Below, in pieces: positions 42,901 to 54,725 of a stretch of DNA of 64,000 nt; positions within the stretch are counted from its first letter, which is position 1; every line of letters starts with the position of its first letter. The stretch lies in contig CATNEN010000024.1 of assembly GCA_950097015.1 (NCBI GenBank), positions 4,030,001 to 4,094,000 of the forward strand, written 5' to 3'. Under the pieces are notes generated by a model that ran no database searches, was not told the origin of the DNA, and worked only from the letters and a program-made list of their open reading frames with translations. Both the position numbers and the translations under genes were made by a program. This stretch comes from Macrostomum hystrix. Taxonomy: Eukaryota; Animalia; Platyhelminthes.

Positions 42901-44726
42901 CATTGTAACCACAAGGCTACAAGTTCCTACAACCTCTTCTGTAAAATCTGTACTACAAGTAAATAGATCTTGAATGCAAATTCTAGCTGATATTTATTCA
43001 GACAAATTTCTAGGCAAGTGCCAATAAGTAATTAAAACTTAGAAAATGCATTAACAAAAAGTTCAAATCTCACTCTTCCAGTTCCATTTCTTTTAAGGTC
43101 TTAAATCGCAATGTTAGCTAACATACTAAATTGCTCTGCCTCCATAGTGTGGATCATGCTAAGTGCACACAAGAAACAACCCAAAGCTAATCCCCAAAAG
43201 CGCGCCAACGACAAGCGAATGTACGCTGATGCACATTGATACATGCCTACTAGGACAAGGACTACTAACCACAGGTAACAACAAATAACAAAACTTAAAA
43301 CACCCTAACCATAACTAACCATATCAAATAACCATAACCACTACTAAAACTGTAATAATAGAAATTAGTTAGGCCTAATCAATTTAATTTAGTTGGCATC
43401 CTAATTCTCCAGGTCGGACTTGGACTGAAGGCCAACAAAGCTGCAAAACCACGACCGCAAGGCTTTCCGGCTGTCGATGACTTTGCTGGTGTCATATTTT
43501 TATGATAAAATGATATTTATTACCATAGGCCTATATTACGATATTTACAATTAAATGATAAATTCAAATTCAAATTGAAAGACAAAAAACATATTTTAAT
43601 GTTGCATTGTGTAAAACAAAGCAACAAACGATGTACTAAAGAAATGATATATCTTTAAAAACATGTATTTCTCATAAATTAATTTATTTAACAGTCTAAT
43701 ACACTGTTTATATACAATAGTTTTCAAAGTTAAATACAATAATATGTATTTTATGTCTGCTTACCAATGCATTGGCAGCATTGCTACATCAGGTGCCAGG
43801 CACGTGGCATGCGGTGCATGCCAGGCACGCCAGTGTATTTATGTAGTGTGCATTATGCATGCCAATTGCAAGCCACTTACCTAATCGCATGCCAGTGCAC
43901 ACCACTTTTGAAAATGCATGTGGGAAAATTCTCGCGTGCACTACATGATCTACACTATGGCTCTGCCTATAGTCTATTGGCCTTTCCTCAGAACATAATC
44001 AGAATATTTTATTACTTATTCTTACTTTTCATTTACAAGCCACAGCCCTGATTCTCAACTCATGACTTGTGCCAATTTTCCCCACATAAAATTAAATATT
44101 TAATATTTGAGCTAGGCCTATCAGCATTCTAGTTCCAATTTAGGCCAAATATTATGTTAGGTTAAAAAAATTATTTGAATTACATACAAGTAGCTAGTTT
44201 GTTTATAAGCTTATTTTAATGTTGTGGCTACTAATTTTGTCTTTTCTTTGGTAGCCAAATACTTTCTATACAGGTTAGTCTTTGTTTTAATTAGTAGGTA
44301 TTTAAAAAATAAAAAATATTGAATAATATATTTAATAATATGTAGCTAAGGCCTAAGGTTATTTTCTCTGTGTGTGACTTATATGGCTTATCATTAAAAA
44401 TAAGGCTTTTTAAGTACCATTAAGAACTACCATCTTTATGGCAAAAGTACTGTGAAAATATCATAATTCTGTTTTTTAAGTGGTTTCATGATGAAGCATT
44501 CAGGTGTGAAACTTGAGGTATAACTATTACTACTGTCGTTTACTTAACACTATGCTCCTCCTTCAAGATAAGGATCTCCATTAAATTTTACAACAATGCT
44601 TGCACTCCAATAAAGCTGAAGTATGTGAATATGTCTGACCTGTAATTGAAACTCTGCAGCTAATTGGTACACACCTAACTACACGGACAGTTGTTATACT
44701 AAGAGGGTTCATTCCAAACAATCTGA

Positions 44727-45290
44727 ATGTCGCGCAGCAGTGTGAAGATAGCGCCTGGCGCTGTGGTCTGCAGCGAGTGCGAACTGCGCGGCGATATTAC
44801 AATTGGTCAGCGCACCGTCATTCACCCGAAGGCTCGCATCCTGGCTGAGGCTGGCCCAATCATAATCGGAGATGGAAACCTAATTGAAGAAGTGGCCGTT
44901 ATCCACAACAGACCAGACGAAAGCAATCCAAATGAGAAGGTGATGATCATTGGATCACAGAACATCTTCGAGGTTGGCTCCAGGTGCGAGGCCGTGAAGG
45001 TCGGAGACTTCAATGTGCTGGAAGCTCGCAGTTTTGTCTCGCGAGATACAGTCATTGGCAATGGTTGCACTATTGGCGCTATGTGCAGCGTCACTGGGCG
45101 AGAGGTGCTGCCGGATAATTGCGTAGTCTATGGTTCGGCTTGCCACCGGAAAGTGGTTAGCGAGAGGCCGCCAGCCCAGACTCTGCAGTTAGACTTCTTG
45201 GCTAAGATTTTGCCTAATTTTCATCACATAAAGAAAGCGGGCGCGCCGACTGGCGTTTCCTCGGCCTCGGCGAAGCAGAGGCCGGCTTAG
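44727..45290 (+). CDS. DCTN6: Dynactin subunit 6 (p27), intronless CDS
   Basis: 187 aa. [53 protein letters not shown] is the hexapeptide left-handed beta-helix typical of DCTN6; [20 protein letters not shown] tail. Confidence 0.95.
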   Translation: MSRSSVKIAPGAVVCSECELRGDITIGQRTVIHPKARILAEAGPIIIGDGNLIEEVAVIHNRPDESNPNEKVMIIGSQNIFEVGSRCEAVKVGDFNVLEARSFVSRDTVIGNGCTIGAMCSVTGREVLPDNCVVYGSACHRKVVSERPPAQTLQLDFLAKILPNFHHIKKAGAPTGVSSASAKQRPA

Positions 45291-45427
45291 CCATTGCGAA
45301 CTGTTTGCTTGGAATTTCAGCAAGGAGTGTGTCTGATGAGAGCTCTTTTTTTCTGAGCCTTTATCGTAGATTTTTTTTCTGTTTAATATATATTAATTAA
45401 TTGCAAAATAAATTGCTTAGGATCAAT

Positions 45428-45672
45428 TAGCTGAAGGACATCGGATGGATTAGCACTATGCTGAAGGACATGAGATGGATTAGAACTATGCTGAAGGACA
45501 TGAGATGGATTAGCACTATGCTGAAGGACATGTCATGGATTATCAGTTTCCTGATGTACATTGGATGGATTAGCAGTTTGCTGATGTACATTAGATGGAT
45601 TAGCACTATGCTGATGTACATTGGATGGATTAGCAGTTTGCTGATGTACATAGGATGAATTAGCAGTTTTCT
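45428..45672. repeat. 30-bp minisatellite
   Basis: Unit gctga(t/a)g(t/g)acat(t/g)(g/a)gatggattagca(c/g)t(a/t)t. Confidence 0.85.
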
Positions 45673-46349
45673 GGAGATTTAAGAAGATTGGTCGGTTTAA
45701 GATTAGTCATTTTAAGTACACAGTCTACCGTTCAATGCGTTGTATGTTACAAGCGCGTAACAATAAGTCGCCGCTGCAATTTGCAAAAAGGTATATTTTT
45801 AAAATTCACTGCATAATCTGCTTTGTTGAAAGTCTACTTGAAATAGACATTTATCTAATTAAATGTGTTTATCTAATTAGATTTTGCTATATAATAGCGT
45901 TTTACTTGGTAATATGCCCATGTCCAAAGAGATTATGTTACAAGTGACTGTCTAGAAAGTAAAATTAGTTATTAACCACGATATTTTCTTTGACGAAGTT
46001 CTACTCCTTGGTAAAAGTAAATGGTTTCTGTTATCTGCTTAAATACATTAAGTAATATTCTCGAGTTTTATTATCACCTGGTTGTGGATTTTCTAGTGTC
46101 TACAGTCTAGCATAAGATTGTACTTTCGGCTGATAAACTCTTTGGTGTATATTTTAGTACATTTATTATTAACTTACTACTGTTGCTAGTATTCAACCAT
46201 GTAACTTGGCACAAATTTACAACTACGTTTGATTGTGAAAATAGTTGTTCTTATATTGGTGATATGATTTCAAATGTTTTTGTCACATTTGCAGAACCAG
46301 TTTAGGATTATTTGTTCACTACCTAAATATGATCAAGTGGATTTAAGTG

Positions 46350-46995
46350 GATTCGAGGAAGATGGCAGTAGGTCACTGTAGGGGAGTCGAGGAAGATGGC
46401 AGTAGGTCACTGTAGGGGAGTGGAGGAAGATGGCAGTAGGTCACTGTAGGGGATTCGAGGAAGATGGCAGTAGGTCACTGTAGGGGAGTCGAGGAAGATG
46501 GCAGTAGGTCACTGTAGGGGAGTCGAGGAAGATGGCAGTAGGTCACTGTAGGGGATTGGAGGAAGATGGCAGTAGGTCACTGTAGGGGAGTCGAGGAAGA
46601 TGGCAGTAGGTCACTGTAGGGGATTGGAGGAAGATGGCAGTAGGTCACTGTAGGGGAGTCGAGGAAGATGGCAGTAGGTCACTGTAGGGGAGTCGAGGAA
46701 GATGGCAGTAGGTCACTGTAGGGGATTGGAGGAAGATGGCAGTAGGTCACTGTAGGGGATTGGAGGAAGATGGCAGTAGGTCACTGTAGGGGAGTCGAGG
46801 AAGATGGCAGTAGGTCACTGTAGGGGATTGGAGGAAGATGGCAGTAGGTCACTGTAGGGGAGTCGAGGAAGATGGCAGTAGGTCACTGTAGGGGATTGGA
46901 GGAAGATGGCAGTAGGTCACTGTAGGGGAGTCGAGGAAGATGGCAGTAGGTCACTGTAGGGGATTGGAGGAAGATGGCAGTAGATCACTGTAGGG
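46350..46995. repeat. 34-bp minisatellite upstream of GMPPA
   Basis: Unit gaggaagatggcagtaggtcactgtagggga(gtc/ttg); period 34. Confidence 0.95.
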
Positions 46996-47090
46996 ATAGA
47001 GGTCACAGTGGGATAGAAATAATCCAGGAATGATAAAATGTTGCTATAAAGCGGTCTCTCATTGGCTTGCAGTGCCCGCACTAGTCTAGC

Positions 47091-50000
47091 ATGCCAGCTT
47101 GTGACACAAACCCAGAGGCCACATGCAAGGCTGTTATCTTACTAGGTGGACCTGCTAAGGGTACTAGATTTCGACCATTGTCGCTAGACCAGCCGGTTCC
47201 TTTGATGTCCATCGGCGGCTATCCTTTGATCTATCATCACGTTGAGGCGTGCGCCGCTGTGCCCGGAATGCGGGAGATCCTACTAATCGGCTATTATCCT
47301 AAAGAGCAATTGGGCCAGTTTGTGGACGAATGCCAGCGCAGATTCAGCGTTCGCATGCGCTACCTGCAGGAGTTCACGCCGTTGGGCACAGCTGGCGGCC
47401 TGTATCATTTTCGCGACCAGATTTTGCTTGGCGAGCCAGCGGCCTTCTTTGTAATGAATTCGGATGTTTGCTGCGATTTTCCCCTAGTAGACATGCTGGC
47501 TAGGCACCGGCCGGGCACCTACACTGTGATGTGCACCGAGGCAACGCGATCGCAGAGTGTGCAGTACGGCTGCGCCGTTATACGCAAGGGCACTGATGAG
47601 GTACGACTTTGGGGGAGGGGGTGGAGTCTACAGGCTCTACGACATTTGACTGCCAGGAAATTCTACTTCTGTGTGACTTCACACTGTCGACTATTTCACT
47701 TCCAACAATTTGGCAGCCAGTGACATTTCACTTCCAACAATTTGACAGCCAGTGACATTTCACTTCCAACAATTTGACAGCCAGTGACATTTCACTTCCA
47801 ACAATTTGACAGCCATTGACATATCACTTCCAACAATTTGACAGCCATTGACATTTCACTTCCAACAATTTGACAGCCATTGACATATCACTTCCAACAA
47901 TTTGACAGCCAGTGACATTTCACTTCCAACAATTTGACAGCCAGTGACATTTCACTTCCAACAATTTGACAGCCATTGACATTTCACTTCCAACAATTTG
48001 ACAGCCAGTGACATTTCACTTCCAACAATTTGACAGCCATTGACATTTCACTTCCAACAATTTGACAGCCAGTGACATTTCACTTCCAACAATTTGACAG
48101 CCATTGACATATCACTTCCAACAATTTGACAGCCATTGACATTTCACTTCCAACAATTTGACAGCCAGTGACATTTCACTTCCAACAATTTGACAGCCAG
48201 TGACATGTCACTTCCAACAATTTGACAGCCAGTGACATTTCACTTTCAACAAGTTGACAGCCATTGACATTTCACTTCCAACAATTTGACAGCCAGTGAC
48301 ATTTCACTTCCAACAATTTGACAGCCAGTGACATGTCACTTCCAACAATTTGACAGCCAGTGACATTTCACTTTCAACAAGTTGACAGCCAGTGACATTT
48401 CACTTCCAACAATTTGACAGCCATTGACATATCACTTCCAACAATTTGACAGCCATTGACATTTCACTTCCAACAAATTAACAGCCATTGACATATCACT
48501 TCCAACAATTTGACAGCCATTGACATTTCACTTCCAACAAATTAACAGCCAGTGACATTTCACTTCCAACAATTTGACAGCCATTGACATTTCACTTCCA
48601 ACAATTTAACAGCCAGTGACATTTCACTTCCAACAATTTGACAGCCATTGACATTTCACTTCCAACAATTTGGCAGCCGTTGACATTTGACCACCAACAA
48701 TTTGACAGCCAGTGACATTTCACTTCCAACAAGTTATCAGCCAGTGACATTTCACTTCCAACAATTTGACAGCCAGTGACATTTCACTTCCAACAATTTG
48801 ACAGCCAGTGACATTTCACTTCCAACAAGTTAACAGCCATTGACATTTCACTTCCAACAATTCGACAGCCATTGAAATTTCACTTCCAACAATTTGACAG
48901 CCATTGACATTTCACTTCCAACAAGTTGACAGCCAGTGACATTTCACTTCCAACAAGTTATCAGCCAGTGACATTTCACTTTCAACAATTTGACAGCCAG
49001 TGACATTTCACTTCCAACAATTTGACAGCCAGTGACATTTCACTTCCAACAAGTTAACAGCCATTGACATTTCACTTCCAACAATTCGACAGCCATTGAA
49101 ATTTCACTTCCAACAATTTGACAGCCATTGACATTTCACTTCCAACAAGTTGACAGCCAGTGACATTTCACTTCCAACAAGTTGACAGCCATTGACATTT
49201 CACTTCCAACAATTTGACAGCCATTGAAATTTCACTTCCAACAATTTGACAGGCAGTGACATTTCACTTCTAACAAGTTAACAGCCATTGACATTTTACT
49301 TCCAACAATTTGACAGCCAGTGACATTTCACTTTCAACAAGTTGACAGCCAGTGACATTTCACTTCCAACAATTTGACAGGCAGTGACATTTCACTTCCA
49401 ACAATTTGACAGGCAGTGACATTTCACTTCCAACAAGTTAACAGCCAGTGACATTTCACTTCGAACAATTTGACAGCCAGTGACATTTCACTTCCAACAA
49501 TTTGACAGCCATTGACATATCACTTCCAACAATTTGGCAGCCAGTGACATTTCACTTCCAACAAGTTATCAGCCAGTGACATTTCACTTCCAACAATTTG
49601 GCAGCCAGTGACATTTCACTTCCAACAAGTTATCAGCCAGTGACATTTCACTTCCAACAAGTTATCAGCCAGTGACATTTCACTTCCAACAATTTGGCAG
49701 CCAGTGACATTTCACTTCCAACAAGTTATCAGCCAGTGACATTTCACTTCCAACAAGTTATCAGCCAGTGACATTTCACTTCCAACAATTTGGCAGCCAG
49801 TGACATTTCACTTCCAACAAGTTATCAGCCAGTGACATTTCACTTCCAACAATTTGACAGCCAGTGACATTTCACTTCCAACAAGTTATCAGCCAGTGAC
49901 ATTTCACTTCCAACAAGTTATCAGCCAGTGACATTTCACTTCCAACAAGTTATCAGCCAGTGACATTTCACTTCCAACAATTTGGCAGCCAGGACATTTC

Positions 50001-53000
50001 ACTTCCAACAAGTTATCAGCCAGTGACATTTGACCACCAACAATTTGACAGCCAGTGACATTTCACTTCCAACAAGTTAACAGCCATTGACATTTCACTT
50101 CCAACAATTTGACAGGCAGTGACGTTTGACTTCGAACAATTCGACAGCCAGTGGCATTTCACTTCCAACAATTTGACAGCCAGTGACATTTCACTTCCAA
50201 CAATTTGACAGCCAGTGACATTTCACTTCGAACAATTCGACAGCCAGTGACATATGACTGCCTGTAAACTAGCCTCAGCTATATTATTTTGTCAGCAGTT
50301 AAATTTTCAACAGTTTAATTGTCAGCAGTCACATTGTCTGCAGTCAAATTGTCTGCAAAATATTTATAAGCAAATGGCATATGCTATTTACATATTTAAG
50401 CAAAACATTGCAGTTAAATTTACGAAATAAGAGCTTACTACTAATGCGTTTTAAAAAATGAACCAATAATCTGTTTTTAAATACAATTAAAATCCAGATA
50501 ATGCACTACGTCGAGAAGCCAACAACCTTTGTGAGCACTATGATCAACTGCGGAATTTACATACTCAGCCCTAGCATCTTTCAATACCTCAAGTCAGCTG
50601 TTAAGGCACACAAGGATGCTCATTATAAGTGAGCTATAATAAGTTTGATCAATGACCCCTTATTTTGATTAAAATCCCCTCAGTTTGATCAATATTACTC
50701 AGTTTGATTAAAGGCAGTGCTTATCCCCACGGTACCGTAGAAATAATTTTTGTCTTATTCCTACGGTACCTTGGGAATAATTTCCTGCTTATCCGCACGG
50801 CACACTGACGAGATAAATAGATAAGATAGATAAATTATTCCGTGGGAATAATTTACTTGTTTACTTGCTTTTAAAAACCGGAAGAAAAAAGGAAAATTGC
50901 AGTCATGATAAAAAGATAGATGATAGGACAGCTATCTCGTCAGTGTGCCGTGCGGATAAGCAGGAAATTATTCCCACGGTACCGTAGGAATAAGACAAAA
51001 ATTAGTTCTACGGTACCGTGGGGATAAGCACTGCCTTGATTAAAATCCCTTTAGTTATTCAAAATCCCTCAGTTTTATTAAAATCCCTTCAGTTGATCAA
51101 AAGTTGAACTGCTATTCAAAAGCTTATTTATCACTTAGCATCATCTCTCCACAGTTTCGACTTGTCCTCGCAGTGCAACGAATGCGTTCAAATGGAGCAG
51201 GACGTATTTCAACCCTTGGCTAGTCGCAACTGTCTGTTCGCGTATGTCACTAACCGATTCTGGAGTCAGGTCAAATCAGCCGGGTGAGTTGCAATAAATT
51301 TTTACTAGGCCTTGACACAATAGAGAATAAATTAACAAGAGGAGGGTAGGCGAGCGACTCGCAGACATATAGGTAGTGGCAGACTACAAAGAATCGATAT
51401 ATAGGTAGTGGCAGACTACAAAGAATCGATATATAGGTAGTGGCAGACTACAAAGAATCGATATATAGGTAGTGGCAGACTACAAAGAATCGATATATAG
51501 GTAGTGGCAGACTACAAAGAATCGATTCTCACCTGGCCGATACTCACTTAATAAGAATGGCAGGCTACAAAGACTCAGTAGATGTAGCAGACTACAAAGA
51601 CTCAGTAGATGTAGCAGACTACAAAGACTCAGTAGATGTAGCAGACTACAAAGACTCAGTAGATGTAGCAGACTACAAAGACTCAGTAGATGTAGCAGAC
51701 TACAAAGACTCAGTAGATGTAGCAGACTACAAAGACTCAGTAGATGTAGCAGACTACAAAGACTCAGTAGATGTAGCAGACTACAAAGACTCAGTAGATG
51801 TAGCAGACTACAAAGACTCAGTAGATGTAGCAGACTACAAAGACTCAGTAGATGTAGCAGACTACAAAGACTCAGTAGATGTAGCAGACTACAAAGACTC
51901 AGTAGATGTATCAGACTACAAAGACTCAGTAGATGTAGCAGACTACAAAAACTCAGTAGATGTAGCAGACTACAAAAACTCAGTAGATGTAGAAGACTAC
52001 AAAGACTCAGTTGACAGGAGTATTCTGTTGCCTTTAAGGGCTCAATAGATAAGGATTAGCAAGCTACAAAGACTAAATAGATAGGGATTGGCAGGCTACA
52101 AAAACTCAATAGATATGGAGTGGCATATTATTCTGTTGCCTACAATGACTCCAGCGCGGCCATCTACGCCAATCGCCACATGCTGGAACTGTATCGTGCC
52201 AGCCATCCGGACCGCCTGGCAGTCGCCTCCGCTCCGACAGCCGGCCCGAAAATTATCGGCAATGTCTATATTCATCCGACGGCCACTGTTAGTCCAGGCG
52301 CCGTACTAGGCCCCAACGTGTCAGTTGAACGCTTTGTAACCATTGGCAACGGGGCGCGAGTGCGCGAATCAATTCTGTTGCAGGGCGCTGTGGTTAGGGA
52401 TCACGCCTGCGTACTATTCTCAGTTGTTGGCTCTAATGCCACAGTCGGCGAATGGACTAGAGTTGAAGGCACGCCAACTGATCCGAATCCGGATAAGCCA
52501 TTTGCCAAGATTGAGACTAAAGAGCTGTTTAACGAGACGGGACAGCTGAACCCATCCTGCACTGTCATTGGTTAGTGCATTCTCTGATACTGATACTTGC
52601 TAGGACCGGGAGATACTGCGGCTTGTCTCTTATTAGGGAAAAAATGATCCGCCGCAATATCTAGGAGTCAATTCCGCTCACTGAGCAGTGACTCCTGAGC
52701 ACCCACCCATGAAATATAAAAAACTGCACTTTTAAGGAAAATTTTCACTAAGCAGGATTTATGATAATCCTCATTTTAATAAATCATTTTTATAATTATA
52801 GAAATCAGAAATAACTTGTACATACTCCAGGCAGTATTGGCGACTATTTCATAAAATAGTTGCGTTGTTAAATGGTATACAAATAGACCACGCTATTTTC
52901 CATCTGGGAAAAGACAACTAGGGTATTTCAAATACCCACTGCCTACTTCAGGATAGCTCCCAAACCAGAATGACCGATTTTGGTGAAAGTCCACTTTTTG

Positions 53001-53572
53001 GATCCAATTTTTTCGCCTTTTCGACGAACTAAATTTCAAAGCCGTCCAACCTTAGTATCGTTGAAATATCGTTGAAATAGGACCGCAGAAGCAGCCACCG
53101 TCTTTGAATTGTCAATCGTGTGCTTTTGTTGAAGGTCCCGACGGTCGCCGCCGATGTCCAGACGATGATCGCTGGTGACTGGGATGCTGAAAACAAAAGC
53201 CCTGCGACTGATTGAATCGGATTGTTGATCATAGTTTGTGGAGCCGACATGGTTCCATGATGAAATTTACTTAGCCAGAAAATCATGCCCATAGCGGTGG
53301 TTTTCGTCACCAGACACCCCCGAAGAGAATCGTTGAATATCTTGACGATGCCGATGTTTTGTGATTCTGGAAGTTGTTTCACCGGATTGAGAGGAAAATA
53401 CTGAAAAAATGTGGGTATTTGAAATACCCTCGTGTTCTATCTACAGTTAACACTGCCGTTCTGTTTTCCAGGCTCCCACGTGACTGTCGCCCCGGAGACC
53501 ATTGTGCGAAATTCGATTGTACTGCCGCACAAGGAGCTAGATAGGAGCTACAGGAATCAAATCATTCTGTGA
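47091..53572 (+). CDS. GMPPA: Mannose-1-phosphate guanyltransferase alpha (5 exons)
   Basis: Exons 47091-47600, 50498-50628, 51155-51283, 52155-52570 and 53472-53572. Motifs [71 protein letters not shown], and the C-terminal YRNQIIL typical of the alpha subunit. Confidence 0.95.
47695..50255. repeat. 32-bp minisatellite, about 2.5 kb (GMPPA intron 1)
   Basis: Unit cacttccaacaatttgacagccagtgacattt, about 80 copies. Confidence 0.97.
50713..51035. mobile_element. MITE with TIRs of about 103 bp and a 9-bp TSD (Mutator-type)
   Basis: Ends GGCAGTGCTTATCCCCACGGTACCGTAG... on both sides, with 2 mismatches over about 100 bp. TTGATTAAA on both flanks (50704-12 and 51036-44). Confidence 0.9.
51368..51525. 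repeat. 32-bp minisatellite (GMPPA intron 3)
   Basis: Unit atataggtagtggcagactacaaagaatcgat. Confidence 0.9.
51560..52015. repeat. 27-bp minisatellite (GMPPA intron 3)
   Basis: Unit agactacaaagactcagtagatgtagc. Shares gcagactacaaaga with the adjacent 32-bp array. Confidence 0.95.
52920..53430. mobile_element. Candidate inverted-repeat-bounded non-autonomous element (GMPPA intron 4)
   Basis: agggtatttcaaatacccac (52920-39) and gtgggtatttgaaataccct (53411-30) form a perfect 20-bp inverted pair. No TSD recognised. Confidence 0.45.
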
Positions 53573-54340
53573 TGCGGCGTTTTCGTTTACTGTTCATTAA
53601 AATTACCAAGGTTTCAATTTTTTGTTTTCAAAGCACTTCATTTGAGCTATTGAAGATTACTGTCCTGCCTTTGATTTGCTTACGAGCGTATATTAAGTTC
53701 AGTGACCGATTGTCATAATACTTCGTAGTAAGCAAACACTAACAAAGTAAATTTTGAAACAAGTAATTTTTTGTGACGAAATAGCGAATAATAAACTAGA
53801 GTTGGATGATAAGTGTATTATTTGTGTATTTTTGTGTGTAGTACATATAAATAAATATGTCCCTACTTAAGGAGAATTTGAAGATGAAAAAAATTAGTAC
53901 CATTGCCGGCTCTTAAAATTAACTGACAAAATGTAGCTCTCTTTTCATTTTTTTTATTTTCGAGGCTAACTCTGCTATTTAGTCCAGTGGTCGTACAAGC
54001 TAGTTGTATGCTGAATCAATAGAATAGAAATTACAACTAGCCCAGTTAAGCCGTTTGTGCAGCCAGTGCTTGTGTACAGTTGTTCAGTCCACGGACATTC
54101 ATTTAAATTTTCACCCTAGGTGACACTGCTACCCATTTTACAGCCGGATGAACTTTAGCTATCTTGCTCAAAAACTCAATTTTTTTCACCCTCACCTCTA
54201 GGCCACTGTTAGAGAGCTTCTGATTCCTTGCCTGGAGGTCTAGAGTTCGAATCTGAGACCAATGACAAAAAGACTGAACAGCTTCGCCAAGCGATTCCTT
54301 TGGCTGTGCCGCTGGCTGTATATCCAGCTCTAATTCGTTG

Positions 54341-54678
54341 ATAATAATAATAGTTGCAGGAGGGCTGTGGGCAGTGGCACATCATTTGGTGACAGTAGAC
54401 CTGCAGCCAGCGAGGAGGCAATATTGCCCATTTCTAGCACACACGCACACAGATACCGTTCGCAGGCACACACACAGGTGTGTACATCTGCCCTGACTTA
54501 CTCATCGTCATGCAGTGTACACTCTCGTACTGTGCCTTGAAGACTGGCCCTTAAGGGCGTAAATTGCTTGACAAACCCACAAGCCTTCTCTCCGCATGGC
54601 CTCACCGCGTAATCAAGCTCAAGACCTTCGTGCGAGAGTAAAACGTGTTAGACGGCTGTGCTACTCACCCTCCGCCCC
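54341..54678 (-). mobile_element. SINE family 2, copy 3
   Basis: (ATA)n, then the body shared with 30882 and 39686. The degenerate tRNA-like head ends at about 54678. Confidence 0.75.
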
Positions 54679-54725
54679 AATGCGTTGGCTACTATTTATA
54701 TCTACATACTGACAAAATATTGCAG

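Noticed and set aside
40250-44700. AT-rich intergenic stretch with a few short ORFs
   Set aside because: No recognisable motifs, spliceable exon chain or bounded repeat could be supported by eye.
47695-50255. Regular direct repeats of about 30 bp as a possible CRISPR array
   Set aside because: Units are head-to-tail with no unique spacers, lie in a spliceosomal intron, and there are no cas genes. The same holds for all other arrays in the window.
51557-52048. ORF of DYKDSVDVA repeats resembling FLAG tags
   Set aside because: It is a 27-bp intronic minisatellite of GMPPA; the DYKD match is coincidental.
54645-54725. GTG start of the 496-aa ORF as the PAAF1 N-terminus
   Set aside because: It begins inside a SINE and runs through an AT-rich branch point/acceptor region; similarity to PAAF1 starts only after the AG at 54725.
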